A stretch of 64,000 nt of DNA from Octopus bimaculoides (GCF_001194135.2 NC_068981.1:91225722-91289721), one strand, 5' to 3'. Counted from the stretch's first letter, positions 47,192 to 60,629 are shown. Notes: a model not told the origin generated them from the sequence alone. Numbers and translations are program-made.

Positions 47192-49114
47192 TGCATCAGT
47201 ATAAGTTTTGTACTTTACGCCTGCAAAGTACGACAGACATTATTGATTGTGCGGCTTAGGAGACAGTGTAATGAACAAAATCATGAATACAACCGAGCAT
47301 AGTTGTGTAGATAGCAAGTTTGCTTTGGAAATACATATTACTGTATTGTTTAAATGCTTGCGACTGATACTTTGTTGACTTATGTTGTTTGAATGTCAGT
47401 AGGGGAAATCATTCTTCTTTTTGGGTAGCAGACACCCGTCGTGTATTTTAACATCACCATCTCTCATTTATGTATCTCCAGCTTAGTTTCTCTGAGGGAA
47501 ATTTAACCCCAGTACTCTGGTGTATGAATAAGAATCCCCTTTCTCCTATCAATGTTGGAGAACGTTAGCTTTAACATTTCTTACAATTATTTGTTTGAAT
47601 AGGCTTGTTCCAAGACAATTAACATTAGATAAAAAAAAAAACAAGAAAACTGAATTAGGTTATTCGTGGTTTAAATTGGAAATTAGCTTTTACTTGTGTC
47701 AGAGCAGGTCGTCTCTTGGCCACATCTCATAACGAAGGCTCCCAATTCAAATGAGTTTCAAGGAAGACGTAAGAGAAAGGTATATTCTTTCTGTTGCATT
47801 TAGACATATTTTCAGTGATTAGAAGATATGTGCATGTTAAGTAGTGTAGTAATAAGCAGTTCACTTCATCAGTAATAAATATATTTTTATCATCGTTTCC
47901 TACGATCAAAAAGAATATTCCAGACTGTCGGTATTCGAGCGCTTAACAGACAGGAACAATGTTTTTAAACCCGCACAGTGCTGCATCAAAACTGACATTA
48001 TTATAAATGTATAGATTTAGTTCGTGACTACTGCATTCACATTTCTCACAATATATTGCTTCTGTTTTACGACAGACACAAATCTTCTTTATATCTGTTC
48101 ACCTGGTCATCAGTGAAATTGAAAGTTTTTTTGTTCGAATTGCGCTAAAAGCAAACTGCTGTCTATTCCATACAGATATTAATCTATCATTCGGTGAACG
48201 GAAAATAAATAAAAAAAATAAATATAAATTAATGCACAGTTCATGATGAAACCTGTGATTTGTAACATCTTGACTTCTTTAATGCTGCAGCCATTACTAT
48301 CATAGATTTTGCGTTATATTCTAGTTAATCTTTTTGTTCTAAATCAATTTTAAATATAAAAACCTGCGTTTTCTGGATAAAAGGTTTGTCTTTTAATAGC
48401 ACGGTTTTAGTTGTGTACACCTGAACTAGAAAGTTGGTGATGGAGTATTGTTTTTATTATAATGTAGCAAATAGAACCTAACGAATTTCTTTTATCAGTA
48501 AATGTTTCGTGACTTTTCTAAAGATACTAAGTTCTTGATATTAAGTTTAGTCTGTGCATTTCTTCAACAGAAACTGGCCACAACAGGAAACTGCTTTACA
48601 ACTTTCTTCGCTACAAATATTCTTAGAATAAAATCAATTAAGGTATCCTGTTACCTGAGATTCTTAGACTCTAAAATTTAGACTAGCAACCAAAAATGAC
48701 GGAAAACGTTAAGAAATACACGTGTATATACATTACATTTCTAAAGGAGGTAAAATTATATTTTGGATTGTTTTACATTGACATTAAAAGTTTATTCAAC
48801 ACACAATTTCGCTTTATATTAATGCTCTTCAATTATCATGTTTCTTGATAGCTCCATTTTACAATACCAAATTTGCGGTTGAAAAGTTTACTCCACTATT
48901 AATTTATGGCAAATGACAATACATACAAATTTAAGTTCTTAGTAGCATATTTAATATTCTTACTAGAAACAATTATGCGGTGAGGAAAAAAATTATATCA
49001 TTATATAGTTCAATTATGTCAGTTATTATAAGACGAGACAATTGCAAACATATTCTGAAAGATGTTCTAGCAAAAGTAGAGATATAATAATTATTAAGTA
49101 GTTGCACATTATTG

Positions 49115-50600
49115 TGCAGTGATCGACCCAGAAAACCGAATTGTGTGGAGCAAGGGCCGGCACATTTTTTATATCATTAACTCCTTCATGAAAATCATCG
49201 ATATCATATCGACCACATCATCACACCTTATCGATCTTTATCATATAAATTTCTAAAAGAAAATATAAAAAGTATAATTAATAATTTTTTGCTTTAATTG
49301 AAAGATATTAATTGCTTCGTTCTTTTGTGCTAGTACCGCTTTTTGACATCTTATATGGGCCCCTCATGTGATATGTGGAACTTGTAGATCAAATTTAGAT
49401 GGATGGCTTAGAGGTGCAAGCTAAGCAATGCCTTTTAACTTTTTCGAGAGTTTGGTGAGGGACAAAAATCCATCTCGATGTTTGCTATTTTTGCATGATT
49501 GATATAACAAAGTACAGAAGGGTTAAGGGAAGAAAAGCCCTTCTGTATCCCAGCATTCAATCCTCCATCTCCATTGCAACTGTGCCACATGATGATAACT
49601 TACCGATTGCACGGCCGCCAGAAAATCCTGTCAAATTGTTAATAACAAATTTAAATTTCATTCAGGGTAACAGAATTAATATTGAAATAATATGTGATTA
49701 CACATAAAATTCTTATTAAGGTTTCAACTATTATATGCAACCTTATAAGTTTTTCAGGCAGAAGATATAATGGAGGTTTCAGCAGGAGATTCTGAAGGTG
49801 GCGACAATGAAGAAATAGATGAAACATTTGAGCCAGGAGCGAGTACCTGCCCACACTTTCCAAATCAACGTGAACTGGATGATCCCATTAGAATGATCTC
49901 ATCAGGAGCTGAGCTTTTAACATCCAGGCTAAATGAATGGAATGGCTTGGGGGAAGGACTGCAAATTAACAGTATATAGGAAGCGCCATGAAGAATTCGA
50001 AGTATACTTTGACATAAGTGAGGATTTCTGCTTCTGCAAAGATATAAATGGCTTGTTTACAGCTACTGGAATTGATCACAGCCCTGTAGAATGGCAACTT
50101 TGCATACACAATGGAATTCAGCATCCATCCCTGCCTATTGCATACTCGATACAAGTGAAGGAAGAATATGACAACGTAAAAAAGCTTCTTGAGTAAGTAA
50201 ACAATGATAAGTTTAAATGGGATGTTCGTGGTGAGTTTAAAATGCTTGCCTTCTTATTATAATTGAATTATAGGGTCTAATCCAATTATAATAAGATTCC
50301 TTGGTAATAACAAAGACCCAAGCTACAAGCAGCTCGTAGCAAAACTTCTTGAAAGTTATAAGAATTTAGGCTGTAGAATGTCATTAAATTTACACTTTTT
50401 GTATTCGCATTTAGACTTTGTTCGTGAAAACTTACATCAAGTGAGTGAGGAAAATGTTGAGAGACTCCACTACGATATTGCTACAATGGTTACCAAGGAA
50501 GATGGGACACTGCAATGATGGGGACTATATTTAGTCATTGTTTCGTACAGATATAGGAACTCACAGTAGGAGATCTTCGGTGCATTTCTAGAAAAATCGT
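49115..50600 (+). mobile_element. Degenerate Chapaev-type (CMC) DNA transposon
   Basis: APHVICGTCRSNLDGWLRG, CYFCM, PHFPNQRELDD, ELLTSRLNEWN, HNGIQHPS, MSLNLHFLYSHLDF, YQGRW; internal deletions; TIRs not resolved. Confidence 0.7.
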
Positions 50601-50707
50601 ATAATTTCATCATAGTTTTACTTACATTTCTCATTAGTTTAAAAATAAATATTAGGACAAAATATTTTTAGTTCCTTTTGATGTACTACGTGAATAGGTC
50701 CATTTTA

Positions 50708-50927
50708 ACATGGCTGTCCGTTTGAGCAGGTTCTACTGCGATATTTCAACCCCAAGAGGATATCTTCTCTAGCTGGTTAAAGGGGCACAGCTGCATCAGA
50801 AATGGTAGGGGTTCGTTCTCTGCTCGCAATTTTATCGGATGCAACTCTGCATCATTAACCACCAAGAGAATATGTACTCTTGAGGTTAAAAAGTCGCAGT
50901 AGAGTCTGCTCATACGGACAGTCATGT
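50708..50927. mobile_element. 220-bp MITE with ~50-bp TIRs and TA TSD
   Basis: acatggctgtccgtttgagcaggttctactgcga vs RC acatgactgtccgtatgagcagactctactgcga; TA at 50706-07 and 50928-29. Confidence 0.85.
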
Positions 50928-51002
50928 TAGAGTGGCTACAAATATTACAAACAGTACAACTACTGCGTTGATCTCTTAGACCTTAGAACTCGCATGTTGC
51001 TT

Positions 51003-51033
<31 letters not shown>

Positions 51034-51909
51034 AATAAGATAAACTCTTACATAAGAATTTATCAAGCAGTTATCGTGAAAAATATTCATAAGGAAGAAT
51101 CTATCGTTNNNNNNNNNNNNNNNNNNNNNNNNNNNNNNNNNNNNNNNNNNNNNNNNNNNNNNNNNNNNNNNNNNNNNNNNNNNNNNNNNNNNNNNNNNNN
51201 NNNNNNNNNNNNNNNNNNNNNNNNNNNNNNNNNNNNNNNNNNNNNNNNNNNNNNNNNNNNNNNNNNNNNNNNNNNNNNNNNNNNNNNNNNNNNNNNNNNN
51301 NNNNNNNNNNNNNNNNNNNNNNNNNNNNNNNNNNNNNNNNNNNNNNNNNNNNNNNNNNNNNNNNNNNNNNNNNNNNNNNNNNNNNNNNNNNNNNNNNNNN
51401 NNNNNNNNNNNNNNNNNNNNNNNNNNNNNNNNNNNNNNNNNNNNNNNNNNNNNNNNNNNNNNNNNNNNNNNNNNNNNNNNNNNNNNNNNNNNNNNNNNNN
51501 NNNNNNNNNNNNNNNNNNNNNNNNNNNNNNNNNNNNNNNNNNNNNNNNNNNNNNNNNNNNNNNNNNNNNNNNNNNNNNNNNNNNNNNNNNNNNNNNNNNN
51601 NNNNNNNNNNNNNNNNNNNNNNNNNNNNNNNNNNNNNNNNNNNNNNNNNNNNNNNNNNNNNNNNNNNNNNNNNNNNNNNNNNNNNNNNNNNNNNNNNNNN
51701 NNNNNNNNNNNNNNNNNNNNNNNNNNNNNNNNNNNNNNNNNNNNNNNNNNNNNNNNNNNNNNNNNNNNNNNNNNNNNNNNNNNNNNNNNNNNNNNNNNNN
51801 NNNNNNNNNNNNNNNNNNNNNNNNNNNNNNNNNNNNNNNNNNNNNNNNNNNNNNNNNNNNNNNNNNNNNNNNNNNNNNTATATATATATATATACGGTAG
51901 TTAACGTGA

Positions 51910-53260
51910 GGCATTCTTGTATAGTTATGCCCTTATATAGGGCGGAAAAGTTGGAGAGTGGCTGCACGACTTTCTAAAGAGACGTCAGTCAGTGGTAACC
52001 AATGGAGCCACCTCTAAGGAAACAAAAATAGCAAGTGGTGTTCCACAGGGCGCTGTCTTAGGGCCAGTGCTATTCATAGTGGCCCTCTCAGACATGCCCT
52101 CAGCTGCTCAGATATCCACCATTGCTAACTATGCAGATAAAACAAATTCTCCCGGACAATACAAAATCCTGAAAATATTGCACATCAGCAACAGGAGTCG
52201 GACGCAATATACAGGTGGCCTGAGGACAACAACATGCAGATTAATGCAGGAAAATTTCAGGCCCTGCACTACCAGCACACAGTGCTAAACGACATGCAGA
52301 TAGAATACACTGGCCCGGGAGGAATTGCAATCCCTGACTGAATGAAAATCAGTGCGTAACCTGGGCATTGACAGGAATAATGATGCATATTTTCAAGATT
52401 ATATTCATTTCTACTCTAGGCACAAGGCGCAAAACTTTTGGGAATCGGGCCAGTCAATTAGATCGACCTCAGTACGCAACTGGTACTTAATTTATCGACC
52501 CCGAAAGGATGAAAGTCAAAGTCGACCTTGGCGGAATTTGAACTTAGAACGTAAAGACAGACGAAATACCGCTAAGCATTTCGCCCGGTGTGCTAACGTT
52601 TCCGTCAGCTCACCACCTTTTTTCAAGTGCATATTATCAATCTGATACTAAAATGCAGACGGCTAGCTGGATGGATCCTCCGTACTTTCAAAACAAGAGA
52701 AAAAGAAATATTGATGGTCTTTTGGAGGACATACATCCTCAACCGCTTGGATTACTACTCCCGGCTGTGGTCACCGCACAATATAAAATTCTCGGCGGAA
52801 CTCGGAGCAATCGAAGGAAGTTACATTAAGAAAATCCTCTCAATGAAACGTATCAGTTGCTAGGAAAGACTGAAAGAATTAAAACTCTTCTCGATAGAAC
52901 GGGAAAGATATGCAGTGATATACATCTGGATAATCGTGGAAGGAATTTACCAATCTTTGGCATTGAAAGTTACACAAATTTCAGAACGAGACGCCACTGC
53001 ATGGTGCAAAAATCCTAGTGTCGCCATCAAAATACAGGACCAGATACTGCAACAGCTTGGGCTTCAAGAGTCCACAGCTCTTCAATATCTTTCCTAAAAG
53101 CCCGAGAGACCTGCATGGTGTGGATGTAAGTTACTTTAAAACAAAACTGGATCTATTCCTGTCAAGGGTTTCCAGACTAGTCTACCTCAGAGCAAGAAAC
53201 AAAGATGAGGGCAGCGGCATCAAGCATCCTCATTGACCAAATGCCACATATCACAGGACG
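51910..53260 (+). mobile_element. CR1-like LINE 3' half (RT pseudogene), interrupted by a SINE
   Basis: SGVPQGAVLGPVLF, ANYAD, CRRLAGWILRTFKTRE, RLDYYS, SLGFKSPQLFNIFPK, FKTKLDLFLS. Confidence 0.85.
52398..52617 (-). mobile_element. Full-length SINE family B with target-site duplication
   Basis: RC head ggtggtgagctgacggaaacgttagcacaccgggcgaaatgcttagcgg..gttctaagttcaaattcc; TSD ttttcaag at 52390-97 and 52620-27. Confidence 0.9.
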
Positions 53261-53730
53261 TATCTAATAAAAGTGTAACTCAGTCACGACCGCAGCTTTG
53301 AAACTGAAACGTTTTAAAGAATTTAAAGAATTAATGAATTATATATATANNNNNNNNNNNNNNNNNNNNNNNNNNNNNNNNNNNNNNNNNNNNNNNNNNN
53401 NNNNNNNNNNNNNNNNNNNNNNNNNNNNNNNNNNNNNNNNNNNNNNNNNNNNNNNNNNNNNNNNNNNNNNNNNNNNNNNNNNNNNNNNNNNNNNNNNNNN
53501 NNNNNNNNNNNNNNNNNNNNNNNNNNNNNNNNNNNNNNNNNNNNNNNNNNNNNNNNNNNNNNNNNNNNNNNNNNNNNNNNNNNNNNNNNNNNNNNNNNNN
53601 NNNNNNNNNNNNNNNNNNNNNNNNNNNNNNNNNNNNNNNNNNNNNNNNNNNNNNNNNNNNNNNNNNNNNNNNNNNNNNNNNNNNNNNNNNNNNNNNNNNN
53701 NNNNNNNNNNNNNNNNNNNNNTATATATAT

Positions 53731-54232
53731 ATATATCAGTTGAATAAAGTTAAAACAAGGTCTGTTTTTCACTTTTTTTATTATGGTATTTTAACATTAA
53801 ACTTCAATCAGCTTTTTCATACGTTTGTAGTAATCATCTGATTTCAAAATGTAATTAACTGACAGTTGGGTTCGAACGTTCCAACAGGCGGAATTTTTGG
53901 AATACGGTTTTGACAAATTTGCATGGAGCTTAAACGTCACGGTTTGCCGGGCGTAACGATATTCTGGAATTTGTTTATATTCATATGCTAAAGGTATTTT
54001 TTAATCCACATCATTAACTGGCTGTTATATTATTGTTGTTATTTCCGTTCAGAACAGGTTTGAACATTTTAGTAAACCGTTTTTCCTTTATCTTTCTTCT
54101 AACCTCAGCGTTACATTTTCAAATCTGATGGTTACTACGAACATATGAAAGCGTTAATTGAAGTTTAATGTTAAAATACTATAATAAAAAAGCGAAAACC
54201 AGACCATATTTTAACTTTATTCAATTGATATA
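53731..54232. mobile_element. ~500-bp foldback/MITE with ~120-bp TIRs
   Basis: atatatcagttgaataaagttaaaacaaggtctg.. vs RC atatatcaattgaataaagttaaaatatggtctg..; left end abuts (TA)n. Confidence 0.8.
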
Positions 54233-54819
54233 TTATTCTATACACATTAACACAAATTCGGGGGCAAAATATGTACATACATTTATATGTGTGTGTATGT
54301 GTGTGTGTGTACGCATGTCTTTGATTCATCCCTAAAACTAGTATCGCTGATTCAGTCTAACTGTTAGCTTCCATTTTCAGAAAGTTGTTTATGACCTTTC
54401 TAACACATCAATTCTCTAAACTTCTGCACAACTTCAGAACTTATCGGCCTTAACTACATTTTTTTCCTTTATCTGATATACACTCAAATTTAGAAGTTTC
54501 CAACCATTTTTATGCGTCTGGCTAGATGTTTATGCAATGTGGGCTATTGGGATGCCCGTTCCGGAATTTATAATTTGACAGTAATATATTGCATTGATAT
54601 ATGTTGGGTATTTTATTATGGCCCATTCTTCAAAATCAAAAGCATTTTACAATGATGAGATCGGAATGTAACGAATGAAAATAAGTATATATCAAGTTGG
54701 TGTCGTGTTTCCTATAATCTTGTGTCGTAGAATATTCTTCTATGTATATTGATTACCTTACAATTTTCTCGCTTTACCTATTTCTACATCTTATATATTG
54801 TTATTATTTGGCAGCATGT

Positions 54820-54842
54820 ATGTATGTATGTATGTATGTACG

Positions 54843-54899
<57 letters not shown>

Positions 54900-55011
54900 C
54901 TATCTGTTTGACGATCTACCTCTCTCTTTCCCTCTCTCTTTTATTCTATATAAATATATGTTTGTCTACACACACATACACAAATACACACCCACCCACA
55001 TATATATGCTC

Positions 55012-55060
<49 letters not shown>

Positions 55061-55224
55061 CATACATTTATACGTAAGTATATATATATATATATACAAA
55101 TATATATATTGTGTATATATTATATATATATTACATGTATATGTATATATATATATATTTTATATATATAATATATATTATATATTTTAGATATATAATA
55201 AATATATTATATATATATGTATGC

Positions 55225-55260
<36 letters not shown>

Positions 55261-55270
55261 NNNNNNNNNN

Positions 55271-55318
<48 letters not shown>
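54820..55318. repeat. Compound microsatellite (ATGT, CT, CTAT, TA, GA)
   Basis: Directly visible. Confidence 0.95.
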
Positions 55319-55320
<2 letters not shown>

Positions 55321-55574
55321 GATATTATATATCAGTTCTACCTGTTTCTGCACATTCGCTATTTAAATATGGTTTTGCGATTTCGACAAAAATTACCAAT
55401 ACTACAAAGGAGACAATAATAAAATATAAAAGGAAGTCATACGTACAGAGATGACGCATACATTCGTACGCATATTGATACACGGTTATATACATGAGTG
55501 TGTGCATGTACATGTGTGCGTTCGTGCTGATGGTTAGAGTCAGATAACAGGTAGACAAATCGATATATATATTT

Positions 55575-55715
55575 AGGGAGAGAGAGAAAGGTAAAGTGAG
55601 AGAGAGAGACAATGGGAGAGAGAGAGAGAGAGAGAGAGGTAAAGTGAGAGAATGAGACAATGGGAGAGAGAGAGAGAGAGAGAGGTAAAGTGAGAGAGAG
55701 AGACAATGGGAGCGA
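55575..55715. repeat. GA-rich minisatellite, 3 copies
   Basis: (ga)n-ggtaaagtgaga..gagacaatggg repeated three times. Confidence 0.9.
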
Positions 55716-56017
55716 GAGAGAAAGAGAAAGGCATGTACAGCATACGTTCGCCAATAAAGTATATACTGACACATTAAACATGAAACTAATAAGATATTTC
55801 ATACTGCGATCAATCTCTATCTCTCGATGTATGTGTGTAATTGCCTTTTTCTTCGAGAGTATCTCCCTGTATTTCTATCTTTTAAAAACCTGGACATCTC
55901 GTTCTCCTGCTATGCCTTCCCAGTCGCGAAAATATTTAACGCTCTCTTATCTGCTCATTGATCCTATATCGTATACACACACACACAAGCACATATGAAG
56001 TATGCATATATATATAG

Positions 56018-56088
<71 letters not shown>

Positions 56089-56344
56089 NNNNNNNNNNNN
56101 NNNNNNNNNNNNNNNNNNNNNNNNNNNNNNNNNNNNNNNNNNNNNNNNNNNNNNNNTATATATATATATATATATATTCAATCCAAACATGAACAAGCAA
56201 GAAAGAACACGAAAAAACAACAACGCGATGACGTGGAATAAGTACAATGTTACTGGACGCTCAGGAAAGGAAAGAAAAGAAAGAGATTTTCACGTTTCGA
56301 GCGGAGCTCTTCATCAGAAATATACAAAAAGTCCAAACAAGGGA

Positions 56345-56530
56345 GAGGGCTGGTCAATAAGTATCCGGACTGTTGCCATAGTAACGAACCTAAACCACAC
56401 AGAGTAAAGCCGTTTGGCAAAGATAGACTTTGAACTCTGCTGTGGACATTCAACCTCATATTCGCTGTTTATATCAATGCAGGGGACGAAGGAGAGTAAT
56501 GTGTGATCGTCGCATTGACCATGAGAGAAA
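56345..56530 (+). mobile_element. 5' end of a mariner (TIR plus 5' UTR up to the transposase ATG)
   Basis: gagggctggtcaataagtatccggactgttgccatagtaacga..gtgatcgtcgcattgaccATG; same family as the MITE at 61292. Confidence 0.7.
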
Positions 56531-56749
56531 GCATTTTCATGGCGACACCTGCCCAGTGGCCTACGCAATGTTGCAGAAAGTATGAAGTGGAAGATAGAAG
56601 AGAAATGATAACAACACCGAACGAGAGACAAGCAGAGAAGAAAGAGATGGAAAACCCAGCAACAGTAGAAAAGAGTATTGATAGAAATCAGAAACACTGA
56701 AAGGAAAACAATTGAGAAAATGATACAATACAGAAAAAATGTAGAAATT

Positions 56750-58130
56750 GAAAAAAAGATAACGAAAATGAAAGAGGTGAGATGTCCATTCTTAGGAGGT
56801 CTACATCATTCATTCCTAAACTTGTTCGCAAGGCGATGCGATAAATTGCAGTACCGTCTTTACATTTCTCTTCTTCAATATACTTGGCTTTGGTGGAGTT
56901 CAGGCGGTTCATTACTCTGCTGTTTGAGACCCGTACCGCCATGTAACATTCTTCTTCCTTCTCTTTAGTTTTTATTGGCTTCTTTGCCTTTTTAAATGAC
57001 CTTCCTTTGTTTTTTTTTCCGGGAAGGTTGGTTTGATTCCTCTTTTATCTTTAGTCACGGACCACTCCTCCCCTTCATTGTTATTTACTGGTGTTCCGCT
57101 GCTGATTTCTCTTTCTTTTCCTTCCTGCGTTTCTTCTTCGCCTTTTTTCTTTTGCTTCTTCTCTGGGAGGATCATACTCGGCCCTTACATGGCCTTTTTT
57201 CCACATTTAAAGCACAGTGGTTTCCTCCCCTCGACCACTACCACTAATCTGGTCTCTTTACTTGTATAATCTCTGGAATTTCTTCCAGAGTCAGGGGCTC
57301 GGCTCGAATTGTAATTTTAACACCTTGTCCCTGCCAGTTTCTTTCTTCCATTACCACTGCCTCTAGCAGTGTGGTCTTTTCTTCTGGTCCCAATGTTACT
57401 GCTGCGACTAGCCACTCTGTTTTAACCTCTGGTAGTATATTATTTATATTGATCCTCGAAGTCTCCTCCCCATATATGTGGGCAGGAGCACCACTTCCTC
57501 GGTTCTTAATGGGTCAACTGAATGGAGCCCCGCTTTTCCCCCAGACTTCATTCTAACCTCTACCGATGTATATCTCTTACCTTTTGTGAGGTACGTCATG
57601 TCGTGCCAAATGGGTTTCAGACACCTTTCAACTTCTTTTTCTGAGACGTGGTCAATTCTTCTCTTTCACTTTGTAAGTCTTATAGATTATGCTTCTTTTA
57701 AACACTTCTGCTATGTTTTGTGGAGGGGCTACATTATTTCTGTCCCTTCCTTTTCGTCAACATGTTTTCATGTTCATTTCATAGTCTCATAGTTTCATAG
57801 TCTCCGTGTTGATTTTCATGATTTTATTTTCATCGGCGACTTTTTACAATTTGCTGGCGTCTCGCCGGTTGCCAGGCTTGCCGCCACAACATTCTTTTTG
57901 ACATTCAATTTTACAGGTGAATTCTGCTTATTTGTTGTTTCCTCGCCTCCCTCCTGGGAGTTACACTTGATGTATTTCGGTTCACACTTGTTCATTTCCT
58001 GCTTCGTTTATTGAGAATCATCTTCTGACAGAGATAGTTCTGGGGTGTTCAAATTGTCCATTTTACACAGATAGCAAAATGCCGTCACAAAACAAGATTT
58101 TCAAAATTTTCAGCCCACGCCGTACAGAAA
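56750..58130 (-). mobile_element. Tx1/L1-like LINE 5' region with degenerate ORF1 (CCHC knuckle)
   Basis: RLVVVVEGRKPLCFKCGKKGH(fs)RAE; LLPTYMGRR; E/K-rich C-terminal region. Confidence 0.6.
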
Positions 58131-58365
58131 AATTATGCTTTCACAGCAAGAAAAAAGTTATAATAATTCCCCACCGCGCCGGGGAATTAACAGCAACTTG
58201 CTTTTTAACAAATCAATAAACAGTTTTTTCAATAATTTCAACAATAGCAATTCTTCTACAAGTAACAGCAAAAAAATTCTCACCTCGACCAATTCAACAG
58301 TAACACAACAAAAGGAACCACATAGAAGGACGAATCCAAACTAAGCGAGTGGGGTTTTCGAACAA

Positions 58366-58460
58366 CTTCTTTCTTTATTGCCCATAAAGGGCCAACGACA
58401 TGGGACAATACAAAGACATGTGGGGACATAGAACAAACGAAACAAGTAAAAAAGCCCAAC
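58366..58460 (-). mobile_element. Possible Tx1/L1-type 3' end
   Basis: RC ggccctttatgggcaataaagaa matches the 3' end at ~59365-59390 (ggccccgtgtgggcaataaagaa). Confidence 0.4.
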
Positions 58461-59019
58461 AAAACTTATGTTACAAAATGAATGATAAATGAAAATGGAA
58501 TGAAGTTCCTGAGCTCCACCTCTGAGCCGCTTAATTTATACCTTTTAATCACTTTTTATACTTCGTACCTGCCAGTATATCGAACTTGTACTCCTCCAAT
58601 AACCGCACGTACGTCAATTGTCATGGTAATTTGTCTTCCGAAATTTTGTAGTCCCTTTTAAACATTACAATTTTTTCTTTTTGTTCTTCGTTCAATAAGA
58701 GACTTCAATGCCATTCTTGAACGTTATCATATTTATTCATTTCAACTGCTCTGATATATTTCCATGTTTTTATCTCCTCGCAAAGGTTTCTGTTTGAATT
58801 ATCGTACATTAGTGCGTAATTATTCTTTTGCCTTTTTTCCAGAGGTGGGGAAGGTTGGGGGCTTGTGTCTATATGCGGCTTCTTGTGTGTCAGAGGGGTG
58901 GTTCAGCGTCTGTAAGGGGTGAGCGGGAGGAAGAGGGTGTGGGTGGGCGTTGGGTAGTTGTGGGGTGGGGTTCTGTTTCTGTTTTGCATGGCTTTTTCCT
59001 TTTCCGTAGGAGGGAAGAG

Positions 59020-59390
59020 GAATTAGTTAAGGACCTAGAGGAAGACATGAGAACTGGCAATGCAACCCAGGTGAAGGTGAAGAGACTGGAATTAAACCAG
59101 CACCTCGAAGCCAAGCATATGGGGTGTATTGTCAGGGCTAGACGTAGTGCAATGGGTTGCGAGGGGATCAGCGCCACTGATTGGGCCCGAGTGGTGGAAG
59201 CCCAACGTGGTAATGATTCTACAATTCGACCTTTGGAGAACGTACAAGGTGAGTTGATGATCGAACCCGAGGAGATGTGTAACACTTTTCAGGAGCACTT
59301 CACCCAGCTTTTCGGGGGGAGGGGGACGATGAACCGGATAGACTGTATTATCCCCATATCTTGGCCCCGTGTGGGCAATAAAGAAACAAG
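59020..59390 (+). mobile_element. Tx1/L1-like ORF2 EN-RT linker fragment joined to a 3' end
   Basis: AKHMGCIVRAR..IEPEEMCNTFQEHFTQLFG followed by gggcaataaagaa. Confidence 0.55.
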
Positions 59391-59522
59391 TTCTTCGAAA
59401 ACCGAGCTTCTACTGTATTAACATAAATAAAACGTGCTAATTACAAAGAATTTTAATTATCCGTTATTAATTAAATGGCATAACATGTCTATTGCATGGA
59501 AACAACTTAAACTACACTTATG

Positions 59523-59910
59523 TTTACTCTTTTACTTCTTTCAGTCATTTGACTGCGACCATGCTGGAGCACCGCCTTTAGTCGAGCAAATCGACCCCAG
59601 GACTTATTCTTTGTAAACCTAGTACTTATTCTATCGGTCACTTTTGCCGAACCGTTAAGTTACGGGGATGTAAACACACCAGTATCCGTTGTCAAGCGAT
59701 GTTTGGGGGACAAACACAGACACACAAACACACATATACATATACACGATGGGCTTTTTTCAGTTTCCCTCTACCAAATCCACTCACAAGGCTTTGGTCG
59801 GCTCGAGGCTATAGGAGAAAACACTCGTCCAAGGAGTCCCGCAGTGGGACTGAACCCGGAACCATGTGGTTGGTAAGCAAGCTACTTACCACACAGCCAC
59901 TCCTGCGCCT
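59523..59910 (-). mobile_element. Full-length tRNA-derived SINE family A
   Basis: RC head ggcgcaggagtggctgtgtggtaagtagcttgcttaccaaccacatggttccgggttcagtcccactgc; internal (TG/TA) tract; (gtaaaa)-like tail. Confidence 0.92.
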
Positions 59911-60629
59911 ATTTATTGAATAAAGGAAAATTATGTTCATTATATTTCAATAAATCTTGGAAGAAATGGTTAGAAATAAATTATTACATTTTATTGAAGC
60001 ATTATTTTCCAATATAAATGAGAGAAAGTGTGAAACAGAAAAAAATTGAATAAACAAAAATGCAAAAATCGAAATATACGGCAGATATAAAAGAATTGAA
60101 GAGGAACAAAATTAAATAAGTATTCAAAGAGAAATATCAAAGCATATGTTAATGAATTTAATTAAGGTGGTCAGTAATGTAAAGAAGAAATTTCTGAATA
60201 CAAAAACTTGTTTAGATTAATTGGTAGAGGCGAAACTGAAGAAAATGTGGACGAACAAGTAAATGTTTTTTAAAATAATTATAATTATTTTTATGAATGT
60301 TATTATAGTTAATAAACACGCGCACACACACTTATATATATATATATATATTTGGAGAGAAGATTTTTTCCTCAAACACTTAAGATTGAGGAAAGAAACT
60401 TTTTCGAAATGGGAAGAGATTTCACAAAATGTGTGCTGCTTTTGCTTTAATAGATATGCAAGCGCTTTCAGTTCTTAACGTTTTCAAGCTCGTGTTATAA
60501 AATATAATTAAAGCTGTTTTCAGTAAAATTGTCGTTGACTATTTCCAGTTTAGTTTCGGACTCATTAATTTTATAAAATATTCCTCTTTTGCCTTCCGAA
60601 GAAGGTAGTTCTCTTCATTTATTTTATGA

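Noticed and set aside
48090-48660. Short candidate exons (minus RNSNKKTFNFTDDQ; plus 72-nt KLATTGNCF..)
   Set aside because: Too short, weak donors, no recognisable protein; expected by chance in AT-rich DNA.
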